NCBI GenBank assembly: GCA_030141605.1
Contig: JAQGDQ010000203.1
Coordinates: 310,001-374,000, forward strand
Direction of reading: 5' to 3'
DNA from: Tubiluchus corallicola
Lineage: Eukaryota; Animalia; Priapulida
Length of the DNA stretch: 64,000 bases
A program made the position numbers and the translations under genes. The notes under the pieces are model-generated. The model ran no database searches and was not told the DNA's origin. It worked only from the letters and a program-made list of their open reading frames with translations. The stretch's first letter is position 1; the number at the start of each line of letters is the position of its first letter. Below are positions 11,668 through 23,148 of this stretch, piece after piece.

Positions 11668-14420
11668 ATGTCAAAGTTTGGTGTGAACTTAATTACCTTA
11701 GTTTTTTTCCTAGCTAACCTACCAGCGGGAATTTATGTAAATCAAGAACAAGAAAAACCAAAATTCAGTGGTGTGTCTTCTGTTTATTTTCACATAATTT
11801 ATCAGCACAAATGACATTGCAGTAACACAGACAAGTTTTAAAGGCATTTAAATCAAACAAAAAGTATTGCTTAAAAGAACTTAACATTCTTCAAGCAAGA
11901 GATAATGTAATTCACAGGAAACAATTCTGAAAGGCCTTGTGGAAGAAACTTGACTTATATAAACAGCTGTCTTCTATTACCATCGTAAAATTGTGAGGAA
12001 CAGCAGCAAAACGAGTTATTCAAAACAAATGCTGAGGCTTATGAAACTAACGAGCAAAGAGAAGAGCATGCTTATCATAGTGACAGAAGAGACTTCATTA
12101 GCAATTATAAACAAACAATTAGACAATAGAAAAAAGAAAAGACACGGCACTTCAGTACACTATTAGGTGAGAAAGAGAAACGCAAACAATCAACAATTTT
12201 TTTGGATTTTGTAATATAGACACTTCTTAAAAGTGCAGAAAATCTTACCACATGCGAAAGAACACAATTATGAAAAATGCACAGATTGGGACAATAATCA
12301 TGATTCTCATTTATTGTCTAATGTTGTCCAACGACAGAATTTCGTCAGATCTGAGTTCTCGCTGGTACTTTATCAGATTCTGGTAGCATATAAAGTAGCT
12401 GTGCAAAATCGCGTCACTCGAATTACGGACTTTTTCATATGTATATGCAATAGCTTGGCTTGGCTGGACCTGTATTTCTAGGTCACAAAGACACGAGATT
12501 GCAAAATCAGTTTTAAGTGGAAATGATGAAAATCTGTCTTCAGCTCGCTTTATGTTCAAATTTTCGCCAAAACATCGGACAAGCTTTTGTCAAAATTAAT
12601 GAGGAGTAAGAACTTTGGGTTCACTAAACAATGGATAGCAATTTTACTGAATTGTAGACATCTGTTATTGTAGAGAGAAACTGAGGCTGGCAATTGGCTT
12701 AAGTTAAAACATATGCACTGGTATGAATTGACCAACGTCCACTAAGCTGTTAACAAATGTCATTCACAGCTTTTGACGTACCAAGAGCAATATCAACAAG
12801 CCACTTTTTGTGATGTAATGTCGCCAATATTTAGCCCACTGAACGATGAGAAGTGCTACATCAGTACTAGATAAGATGGCATCTGCTACTGGTCAAGATT
12901 GCAACTAAATTCTCCAGCTCATTTTAGAGCTCAGTTTTGTAAGCGTTCTTCTGAGGTGGTTGCGTTTTAACAGCTGAAACTTTTTGCAGTTATCCATAGA
13001 ACAAATTGTCAGATGATTGATTCCTGCGCTGACCTGAACAACCCATTAACCACGATTGCTACCCAGATGCACAAGATCCAGAAACAGTTCCTTGTATTTG
13101 CCATGAAGGCTGGAACGGAGATTACTACGATAGTCAAGGGGCATATTAGAACATGCACGCCAAATGCCATAGGTCCATCAATTCCTAACTGTAGCTGTTT
13201 GGAAAGATGTGGAGACCTATGTGAAATAGACACTGACCCCTCCCTCCCACCCCTTGCCAAAACAGGGATATCTGCACAAAAATTAATGATACTTTTTTTG
13301 TCTGTATGATTTTGTGCTACTGTATAGAAAAAAGTCCCTGCATCAGCTATGAGAAATGATACCTATATACTAGATTCAGATGATGAAGCTCCGCCGTTTT
13401 GTGACTGTGTGATCCTGCTTAGAAGGCGAATTTTATGTCATTTTTACTCTTTGCCAGGACTACGACTGTGTTAATGGAGAATGCAAACCAGAATCAAATA
13501 ATTCAACTTAGCCTCATTGTGACTGCGAAGAAACTTACATAGGAGATCATTGTAATATTGATCTTCTTTGTAAGCCGAGTCCGTGTGTGAGTGGAGGGAC
13601 GTGTTCTGATGACTACTATATGTGTGCTATATGCAGGCCAGAATGGGTAGGAAATAACTACAAATATTACAAATCCTTGTAAATCTGCACCTTGTCTGAA
13701 GGTAAAAAATGCACTCAAAATACCACAAATCCATCATTTCCTACAACTGTATAGAAGGGATTTGAGGGAGACTTCTGTGAAATGGACATTGATCCTTGTT
13801 TGTCAAGTCCTTGTGAGAACAGAGCCCTGTGCACGGAAATTAATGACATTATTAAGTGTGACTGCTTCTGTGACAATCAGATAATCCGTGTGAACATGGA
13901 AACTGTGAACCTTACAGCAATGATACATCGAAGCCACATCGCCACTTTGACGCTGGATAAATGGGTAAATATTTTGATCAACCAGTGTGACTCTAATCCA
14001 TGCCCGCCACAATGACAGGACTTGCTTTGATGTTGTATATCAATATTATTGTCATTTCAGGCCCAGAATAGCTGGGTAGTAGATGCACCATGAGGAATCC
14101 ATGTCATAATTCTCCTTGTCTTGATTGCGTCTGCTACCTCAGCCCTAAGAACCTTGTGATGTACATTGTGCCAGAGAGAAGTACACCAGTTTCTGTGTGA
14201 TTTGCAGCCACGTCAAAATGGTGGGACGTTCACGTGTACATGCGCAGACGGTTGGTGGGTGAATGATGTGAAGTGCACTATTCGTGTTTCCCGAATCCTT
14301 GTCATTATGTGGTCAGTGAATTGTTGAGGAAAGTGACAACAGCATTGTTATTTGTAAATGTGCTGTTGGTTGGATTGGCTAATTTTGTGAAACAAGCGGT
14401 GGTCCATGTAATGTTAAATG
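11668..14420 (+). pseudogene. Decayed, apparently intronless multi-EGF-repeat gene (Notch/Crumbs/fibropellin-type EGFs)
   Basis: About 13 EGF units over 13019-14395 across shifting frames (CICHEGWNGD, GDLCEIDTDP, DCVNGEC..CDCEETYIGDHCN, CKPSPCVSGGTC, NPCKSAPCL, DIDPCLSSPCENRALC, INQCDSNPC, CKCAVGWIG*FCE) with many stops. The 5' limit rests on a signal-peptide-like MSKFGVNLITLVFFLANLPAG at 11668 and is uncertain. Confidence 0.8.
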
Positions 14421-14629
14421 TTATCTAGAATATAAATATTTTTTCTTAGCTATTAAGTTATGAAAATACTGAAATAAAACTTTTAACGAAACGCTGAATT
14501 TGCAACGTATCTGTACACTTAGAGGTCCTCAGCTTTATGAACGATCTTCATTATGTTAACGGTGTTAGCTTATCTGGCTTTAACTATAATGCTGCAATGA
14601 AGTTGGGTCTTCACCGCCAGGGCGTCTGA

Positions 14630-14965
14630 TTGGCCGCTCCTCTAGTTAGTTTGTTCCCTCGTATTTCGCATGCCAAATGGTCAGGGTTCAAAGCTAGGGT
14701 GATGAAACTTTATACAAACAGACAGAGATTTGTAGAAATAATTCGCCTATGATCTTGTCTTGTGTACTTCATGCAGGTTTGCCTTCGGAACAGGTGCCAC
14801 GATAGTAAAGACACCTGTCCGTTTACTTCCTGAATCAAAGATACTGTTCCATATCGGCAGTTTTATACCTTGTATGCAAAACTGATATGGATACCATCAA
14901 TGGATCGAAACATCACAATATAGTGGTAAGGGGTGAAAATAAATGGCGGTTTGCCATCCTTACAG
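14630..14965 (+). mobile_element. tRNA-derived SINE-like repeat, copy 1
   Basis: B-box-like GGTTCAAA at about 14685; body (cggaacaggtgc...ccatatc...catcacaat..gtggta.ggggtgaaaa.aaatg) aligns with 35328-35510. Confidence 0.6.
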
Positions 14966-16145
14966 TCCTACGAAATCCTATATCTACTCCATAATCGAAT
15001 TTATAAAAAAGATAATTATTAAATTCAGAATCAAGATGATGTACATACACTGTATATTTTTGTGTCACTATTTAGGTGGACATTTTTTGTCTCTTGATCA
15101 TTTTATTTTGATTCCCACTTTGTCTCTGACTATGCTGACAACTGGATCAGTTAAAGTTTGCTCTGTAAACAAAATTAAATACCATTGACATGGCTAGATA
15201 TTATACTTTATCATTCATATTTGCTTCTGCTTCTGTTTGCAGAATATCACCTTTCTCTCTTACTCTTATTATTAATCACCTATGTGCAGTATCTGGATAA
15301 CTGGCACGGCAATAGAACTATAAAAGGGAGTTCTGGGAAAAAATTAAGTCAGGTTTATAGTCTTGATTTGTGGTCCTTGTGAAGCGAAGTCAAAAGCTCT
15401 CTTTGTTGATAGATCGTGCAGTAACAATAGGTCCTAGAATCTAGGCTTGTATGTACGGAACGGCATACATACTTACTGTTAGGAAAGAACCAATATCTCA
15501 AAGACAGAACATGGTAACATGTAGCCTACATTTTAAGCATGATATGTAAGACTGCCATACTAACTCAGTGTGCCATTGGTAAATACATAAATGCATAGAT
15601 ATAGCCCAACTATCATCGCAGTATGTACAACTATTGCCTCGTACAATAATAGTACCCGTACAGGGGCAGTTACAACAATGTTATAAAAAAGCACAGGCAG
15701 TTCCAAAACCTAATATACAACACAGCTATAAATATTGTAACACATCATCAGACGTCAGTCAGGTCTGAGGTAGCAAACAAGTTTCTTATCACACTTCTGA
15801 CACCAGTGTAGTGAAGAGGCGCTTCGTGTCAAATTATGTTGATGTGCGCAGCTCAGTTAGATCAAGACAGAAGAGAGATTTATTGTAAAATCCCTTGCCA
15901 GGCCCTTTGTTGCGTGTTCTTGGCGATGGTCTGAATCGTCAGATTTTTTAATTAAAACACATTTGCTGCTAGTCAAACGTTCAGGTGTCAGTTTGTTTTT
16001 GCATATACATGTAAATTATATTATCTGCTAGCACAGAGTCCAGTTCATGTATCAGGCATAAAGCTAAAATAGGCTAGATGCATTAAATAATCATGCTTTT
16101 TTTAGTTTTTCTGCATTCTTTAACGTTGGCCTTACCTATTTTCAG

Positions 16146-16315
16146 CTTTTACAGTGGTTGCCTTTAGTAATGCGACCCAAGCAGTCAACTGGGCTTATCA
16201 CGTCCGTTTCAATGGCGTCTCCAAGAAATTAAAATGGAGTGCGCCTGAGAGTGAGATGTCCGATGAGAACTTGTGTTTCTTTGCACAGTATAAAATCAAC
16301 AGCACTTCATGGAAG
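16146..16315 (+). CDS. Candidate upstream exon of the single-pass membrane protein (junctions unresolved)
   Basis: ttttcag acceptor, AG|gttggt donor, open frame FTVVAFSNATQAVNWAYHVRF...STSWK; its phase-0 end does not join directly to the phase-1 exon at 16748. Confidence 0.4.
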
Positions 16316-16747
16316 GTTGGTTTCGCTATTAGTTATTCTTGCCATTCGATTTTTACGTGCAATCAAATAGATAATTACTCCTTATTTCAATGATGTCTAT
16401 TTGATTTAATACCAAAAAGGTGCTAGAAAGCACATTTTTGATGACTGTCATCAAAAGAAATGAATTAACAAAATCCTTCAACGGAAACTTACATTCGACT
16501 TTTAACTCTCATTCTGTTCTGTAATCCGAATGCAGAGAAAGTTGTTATTTAGCATGTCGTTTGATGTACAGTGCACAAGGTACATAGCTTTTCCAGTTCG
16601 GAATTTTTCTTTTAAATGAAGCCAATTCCTCTCTTGTCCTCCGTAAAGATTTTATAGTCCTACTCTGCCAGCCCATTCTGCATTGTAGTTCCTATTATTG
16701 CATTAAATAAAGTTGAACTCGAGTGACATCACATATTAATTATTTAG

Positions 16748-16981
16748 AAGCTCGACTGTCACATGTGCTCTCGGGTGTCCTTTATTATGAATACTACAAG
16801 TTTCAATTTTGCCAGGATTTACCTTGTGGCGATGGACGGATTTCGCACAGCGTCAGGTCTGCTCGTATCGGATCATGTGAAGGTTATAGTTCAGATTTGA
16901 CTTATGGTATGACAACTTGCTTATGCCAGAAGGATGAAATGCAGGATTACACTTGCCCTCCTGCGTCTGAAGCTATGACAG
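16748..16981 (+). CDS. Cys-rich ectodomain exon of uncharacterised single-pass membrane protein (phase 1-1)
   Basis: tatttag acceptor, G|gtagca donor; YKFQFCQDLPCGDG...GSCEG...TCLCQKDEMQDYTCPP (6 Cys); phase matches the next exon. Confidence 0.7.
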
Positions 16982-17657
16982 GTAGCATTAATTACTGATC
17001 TCATAACTGGAACAACTAAAACTCCCTTTTCAACATTTAACATTTCACTGCCATTAGACCATTTTCCTACTCTGTGGAAAACCGCTAACGTCTGTCACCA
17101 ACTCCAATCTTCTCAGTCTTGAAACTAGTCAAAATGAAGAACTAATCAAAATTAACAATTGGATGATAGCTAACAAACTAACAGTAAATTATAACAAGAT
17201 CAAGTACATATTGATTACTAATAAACCTACTCGTCCTATTACAATCAAAATAAGCAATAATGTTCTTTATCAAACAAATAGAATCAAATATCTTGAACTA
17301 CATATAGACGTTCACATGAAATAGAATACATACATAAAAACCATTGCGGATAAAGTTAATAAAAATTCTTGTACAATCAGCAGACTTACGTACTACACTG
17401 ATACAAAAACCGTGAAGATGATATACTACTTTTATACATCCCTATTTGCTTTGGGATGGGGGAGAGCAAAAAATAATAGCCTGCAATAATATATGTATAG
17501 ACTGCGAGAGATCCAGGTTGGTTTTGATATGATTGTGATTAACGAAGAAAACCATGCGACATTTTTAGTTTTACGATACGTCACGATGTCGAGGTAAAAA
17601 AGCAAATAATGGACACCTATAGACGTAAAATTCTACGAAAAGTTTATTATATTTCAG

Positions 17658-18056
17658 TTTTGTTATGGGTTGATGTATTTATCTACGCATTGTTTGGAAT
17701 ACCTTGCGTCCTATTGGTGTTTGTACTAACGCCATATCTCATATGCTCAAAACGCAAAGACTGTAAGAATGAAGATGATGATGATGATGAAGACATTCCA
17801 TTAGATGACAGCTCTTCAGTATCAAGTCTTGCAAATGGTGTTGTTAGTGAACAAAGGCAGGAAGTGCGGCAATCCTTGAGTGCCGTGAACAATACAATAA
17901 TTTCAAATGACGGTGTGTCTTTGGAGAACTTTGATACTCGAACAAGCTTCAGTTATGTCGCAACAGACGGCACTATAGTATCACATGGGACTCGGCCACA
18001 GGAAAATAATAATTATGATTTAAGAAGCATTACGGAACCAATACGTCCCGAACAAG
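17658..18056 (+). CDS. Transmembrane and cytoplasmic exon of uncharacterised membrane protein (phase 1-1)
   Basis: atttcag / AAG|gtacaa; hydrophobic VFIYALFGIPCVLLVFVLTPYLIC then basic SKRK, acidic EDDDDDED and Ser-rich tail. Confidence 0.8.
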
Positions 18057-18939
18057 GTACAAATAATGTTTTCGTGGTTCTACGTAACACATATTTAGTT
18101 GCTTTACTTAGTGAAATATTTGAATTTTCAGCAAAATGTAAAATTGTAAAGAAAAACTAAATTCTTAAAGGGGAATAAAATGGAACTTTAAGGTATATCC
18201 CCCAAAAAACTTTCCACACAAAGTTACGTTACCCAGCCTTACGCTTACCTGTTTGAACGACTTATGTAATTGGATATTCATGTATCCCAGTCATCACCAC
18301 TGACTCAACCAAAAAATGCATTGCTAATCTTACCAACGGCGTAAAGTAATTCATACTTTTGCTTAGTTAGCAAAGAGTGTGCTACGAATGCTCTAATTTT
18401 TTGAAACTTTACCCAATGTTATCTAAACTTGTTTCAAATGACTTGCAGTCAAAATGGCTGCGCCAAATGGTCATCGCCGGACTTTAAATTTACAAGTTTT
18501 ATACAGCGTTACTGATAGCGCAAACTCCGCGTGTAGTAAGATATCACGTTAGTGATAAAAAATTTCAAGACGAATTTTTAAGCTTTAATTCTCAAGAGGG
18601 TATTCTTGTCATTTGAAATGGGATTCAGGTTTTGTTATGTGATTTAACTTGTGAAGTGGTTTCTGATAAACCCGTTTGTACTTCGTTAGTTTTTTTGTAT
18701 TCTTCTCCCTTTCCTTTTTCATCTTTTCCCCGTTCCATACCTCTTTTCGTATTTTAACGCAAGTTTTTGTTGCTTTCTTTCTGTTTTCCTTCTTGTGCGT
18801 TTCTCGTCTTCTTCTGCGACGTTGCTATTTGCCCCTTTTCATTTTTCTCTTGTTTTTCATCTTTTTTGCTGTATTTCTTCTTCTTTTTTTTCAGTTTTTC
18901 ACATTTTGTGTTTGTTTTTGGTTTCGATGTAAATCTTTG

Positions 18940-19188
18940 TTATATTATATTATATTATATTATATTATATTATATTATATTATATTATATTATATTATAT
19001 TATATTATATTATATTATATTATATTATATTATATTATATTATATTATATTATATTATATTATATTATATTATATTATATTATATTATATTATATTATAT
19101 TATATTATATTATATTATATTATATTATATTATATTATATTATATTATATTATATTATATTATATTATATTATATTATATTATATTAT
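18940..19188. repeat. (TTATA)n microsatellite, about 50 copies, intronic
   Basis: Uninterrupted pentanucleotide array. Confidence 0.98.
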
Positions 19189-19246
19189 TTAATTTCTGAT
19201 GCTGATGATGATTTTACGTTTTGCAATTTTTTGTCTTTTTTTATAG

Positions 19247-19320
19247 GAGCAGATGCAGCTCCACCTGCTTATGAAGACTTATCACCTCCAGAGTACAATG
19301 CTGCTGTTAGACTTGAATGA
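19247..19320 (+). CDS. Terminal exon with two PPxY motifs
   Basis: Long polypyrimidine tract plus tag; GADAAPPAYEDLSPPEYNAAVRLE then TGA; phase 1 matches the donor at 18056. Confidence 0.8.
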
Positions 19321-19375
19321 CTGAGCGCTATAAATTTTCACTAAATTTGAGGTCTTGTATTTATTATATTTAAAT

Positions 19376-19413
19376 ATACGACGTTTCGGCTACATTCTGC
19401 AACCTTTTTCAAA
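19376..19413 (-). mobile_element. Degenerate Penelope-type minimal hammerhead motif
   Basis: Minus strand TTGAAAA-A-GGTTGCA-GAA-TGTAGCC-GAAAC-GTCG-TA: 7-bp stem II and GAAAC intact, CUGANGA core mutated at two positions. Confidence 0.5.
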
Positions 19414-22400
19414 TGATTATTAAAAATGATCAAATTGCGCCCAATATTCTATTGTGCGTCTGTCCTATTTAGTATAGAAAATCTCTCAAATGGACACTAT
19501 TATGCCTTCTGTACGCTGGTCGTCCCAGCACTTTCATTGTATATAAATTTTGTTTTTACAAAGTGCAAATGAGTAAACTAAAGCTAAACTAATTAAGTAA
19601 ATAACAACTGTATAACGACATATTTAAATCTTAAAACATTGCGAGTGACAAAATATCTGCAATTTAGATTTTTTGGCGAGAACAACAGATTTTTTGCAAT
19701 GCACTTTTGAACTTGAAAAGGTGTGGATCTTAAAACATTCCAAGCGACAAAATAGATCAGAACTGCATTGTATTATTGAGCTACGATGTACTATTTATAG
19801 TCGTGAGTCAACAATCAACCGCCTCCCCGGGGCCTCTTGGTTTTTACCTACGTAGAATTTCTGATGCATCACCCCCCACCATCACTCCGCACTGTGAATT
19901 AATTCCGCAAATAAGCTGCATTATTGCATTGTGTTGACGATCTAATGAAATTTACATAAATTTCAATGTACGGTTTCACTTCTATTCACTGGGATAATTA
20001 CTTTCGTGCGACGAATATTGCGTATTAACCAGGCGGCCATGTTTTTATATTTTTACAGTCCAGCAATAATCGGACACTGTACTTATTTTTGACGATTGGC
20101 GTGACCAGAATCTAGTTAAATATTATAGACACTTCTCTGAACCAGCACAGATCCTTTTAGCCGTATTTGGAAGTATCATGTGCACGTTTTCCCAATAAGG
20201 TAACAGTTGGTGCAGTATGGCAGACGAAACCGTCTAGAGGCAATTTTCCTGTTGGACGCCCATCCATTTACTAATTAGGCCCAACATTGGTTAACTTTAT
20301 ACTAATGTCACAAATTTGACTCCACTGTTAGTATACTCACCCTCACCTTCCCACGCGTTTACATTTCTGATTATTAACATTTACCATTCGCAAAAATCCC
20401 ATGGTATTTGGTGAATTTTATGTTGCTTGCATACTTTATTTACTTTTTAGCTAAACGTTGTTTTTACAACAACTAATAGACGCGCTTCTATTAGCATGCA
20501 ATGTCTAAACCACAGCAAACTCAATTATATGTTAAATATAAAAGGCTTAAAAGCTGTGGTAGCTATATGCTTTTTTACTTAAATTTGAATTTAGTCTAAC
20601 ATTAAAACATCAGTGAAATTATTTTTCACTAGTTCTAAAAAATTATTGTAAGCTATTTTAAAAAGTTTGACGCATTTTCTGAAAAAGATTCTTATTGTAA
20701 ATGTTTCAAGACGTGCTAATTTGCAAATTATTACAGCAGGAAATGTGCACCTGATCATATGAAACAACCTTGATTGATCAACTGTTACTGTCAATCAATG
20801 CGCGAGCTTTTATCAGGACTGCTATAATAATGCAAAACATTCTTTAAATAAAATTTATATCATAATTATACTCTTGGCAAAAAACAATTAGACAGAGAGC
20901 ACATAGTGTGTAGTTGGCAAATTAAAGTAACTAAGACTCGGAAAACGAGTAAAATCATATAAAATAGTGACGCAAACAACAGGTACAAATTGTAAATCTG
21001 TAGTGACTGTATACAATTAATAATTAGCAGTTATATTAATAGCGTTGGTGCTGCAGATTTTATCATTTTTAATCTGTGATAATTTAGGCCGATCTTCCAA
21101 TATGAGTTCCAATTAGAATGAGTTTATTTTGCATTTTTATACAGGTCTCTATAAGCTAAATAGAGTAAAATAGAATAATATAGCACTATTTTATCTTTAT
21201 GCAAAAATAAGTGAGATAAAATAATATTGATACTGAGGTTTTCGTTTAGATTTTAAAACATACATACGTACTATATGTTCTATCTATTCATTTAAGGTGG
21301 CGAAATTAAAATCAACTTTGAGATTGAGAGACTTCTAATGCCAACTCCATGTTCGTTTAAACTGTCTTTTTGCAAAATTTTTATTGTTCTTGTGTCTTAT
21401 TTCCCGATGCGCATCGTTTCCTTTTTTGTTGTCGGATTTCCTAAAAATTTGATAATACCGGTGTATTCCTATGTGGGAATGTTAGGCATTGTAAATCGCA
21501 AAGAATCGCAAAGCCATATTTTGGAGAAATGAATTGATTGGCGTGAAATAGATTCAAATGTTATAATCACAGACATGCGTTAAAATAAACAATAAGAAAA
21601 GTTGAAAAAAGTAAGTGCATCACAAAAATTGTTAGTATCCCTATGATTTTAAGAACCGTGATGTATATAGATGTACACAGATATACAGATGATATATAAC
21701 GCAGTAGCTACAAAATAGAAAAGCAATAATGATTGTAAAAAAACATTAAAAAGGGTTCTTTGGGAGCGTTTTAAGAACTCGTTACCAACTTCTAAGATCA
21801 AAGTTAAAGGTAAAAAGTGATCTTATTCTTCTCAAATCTAATAATGAAATCTGTCACTGTTACAGTTCAAAATATTGTACTTTTGCAGGGGAGTTTTGTG
21901 AAGAATCTTTAATCGTGCGTGACCTTGCAGAAGTAGCGATTAATTGTAGATAGTGTCCACGCAGCGGCTGAGACTTATGACCTTTTTCAATGACTTTTTT
22001 GTTTTCCATCATCTCTAGTGACTTAATAGCTGAATTCATTTTTGATGTGTGTTGCTTATAGCGTGTTGCAAGGGTTAAATAATTTCAGGGAAAAAGAAAG
22101 ACGAATTCGAGTACAATAATAATTTAAACGTTAATAATTTACACTTATATCATGTTTATGATAGATGAAGAGAGGTTTTGTTGAAACTCTAGTAACGATC
22201 GTTAAAGTGCAATATCACTGTTTTACAGCTTGCTATAAAGTGTCGGTAGGAAATAATGGCTTGCTACAGGATCTGTTCTTGCCAGATTGAGTGCAGAGAG
22301 GGTGAAAGACAGTAAGAGAAATAAAATGCTAATAGAAAAAAGAGCAAAACGAGCGAAAAACGGGGGTAAAAAAAGAATAATAAAAATAGAAAAAAGAAGT

Positions 22401-22440
22401 AATGAAAAAGATGAGATGGTGCGCATCCTGAGAAAGAAAG

Positions 22441-22486
22441 AAAGAGAGAAAGCGAGAGAGAGAGAGAAAGCGAGAGAGAGAGAGAA

Positions 22487-22544
<58 letters not shown>

Positions 22545-22545
22545 C
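22441..22545. repeat. (GA)n-rich microsatellite
   Basis: GA run with periodic AAGC interruptions. Confidence 0.95.
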
Positions 22546-22810
22546 GCGTGTGTGTGGGAGAGACAGAGGGAAAATAAGAGAGGAAGAGAAGCTTAAACGA
22601 ACGAAAAAGTATGAATCGGAAGTGGTATCAATTTACTATGCATGAGTTCTGTTTCATATACGCCGTAGCAGCAACGGTATGTCATGCATTTTTAACATCA
22701 TATAGGTTGCTTTATATTACTATCTCCTATAGTAATTAATAATGTACGAAATAGACGGTCAGTCTTGATTCGATCGTCAGCGTTGCAATTTAGGATAACA
22801 GAGAAACGCA

Positions 22811-23148
22811 ACAGCTTACCGGGCTTTCTACAGCTTACCTGACTTTGTACAGCTTACCCGGTTTTCACAGCTTACTCAGCTTTCTACAGATTACCTGACT
22901 TTCTGAAGATTACCAGCCTTTCTGCAACTTACCTGGCTTTCTGCAACTTGCCTGGTTTTCTACAGCTTACCCAGCTGTCGGCCACTTAGATGGCTTTCTA
23001 CAGTTTACCTGCTCTCTACAGCTTACCCGGCTTTCTGCAACTTACATGGCTTTCTACAGTTTACCTGGCTTTCTACAGATTACCCGGTTTTCTGCAACTT
23101 ACATGGCTTTCTACAGTTTACCTGCTTTCTACAGATTACCCGATTTTC
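22811..23148. repeat. 19-bp minisatellite (consensus near CAGCTTACCTGGCTTTCTA), about 17 copies
   Basis: Head-to-tail diverged units with one short interruption near 22975-22990. Confidence 0.92.

Noticed and set aside
18676-19246. 214-aa and 141-aa ORFs with YYIIL repeats
   Set aside because: Artefacts of the stop-free TTATA array and T-rich intron; only 19247-19320 behaves as an exon.
22287-22577. RE-repeat ORF
   Set aside because: Translation of a GA microsatellite and purine-rich flank.
22811-23148. CRISPR-like appearance of the regular repeats
   Set aside because: Units are head-to-tail with no unique spacers, no cas genes, and the context is eukaryotic.
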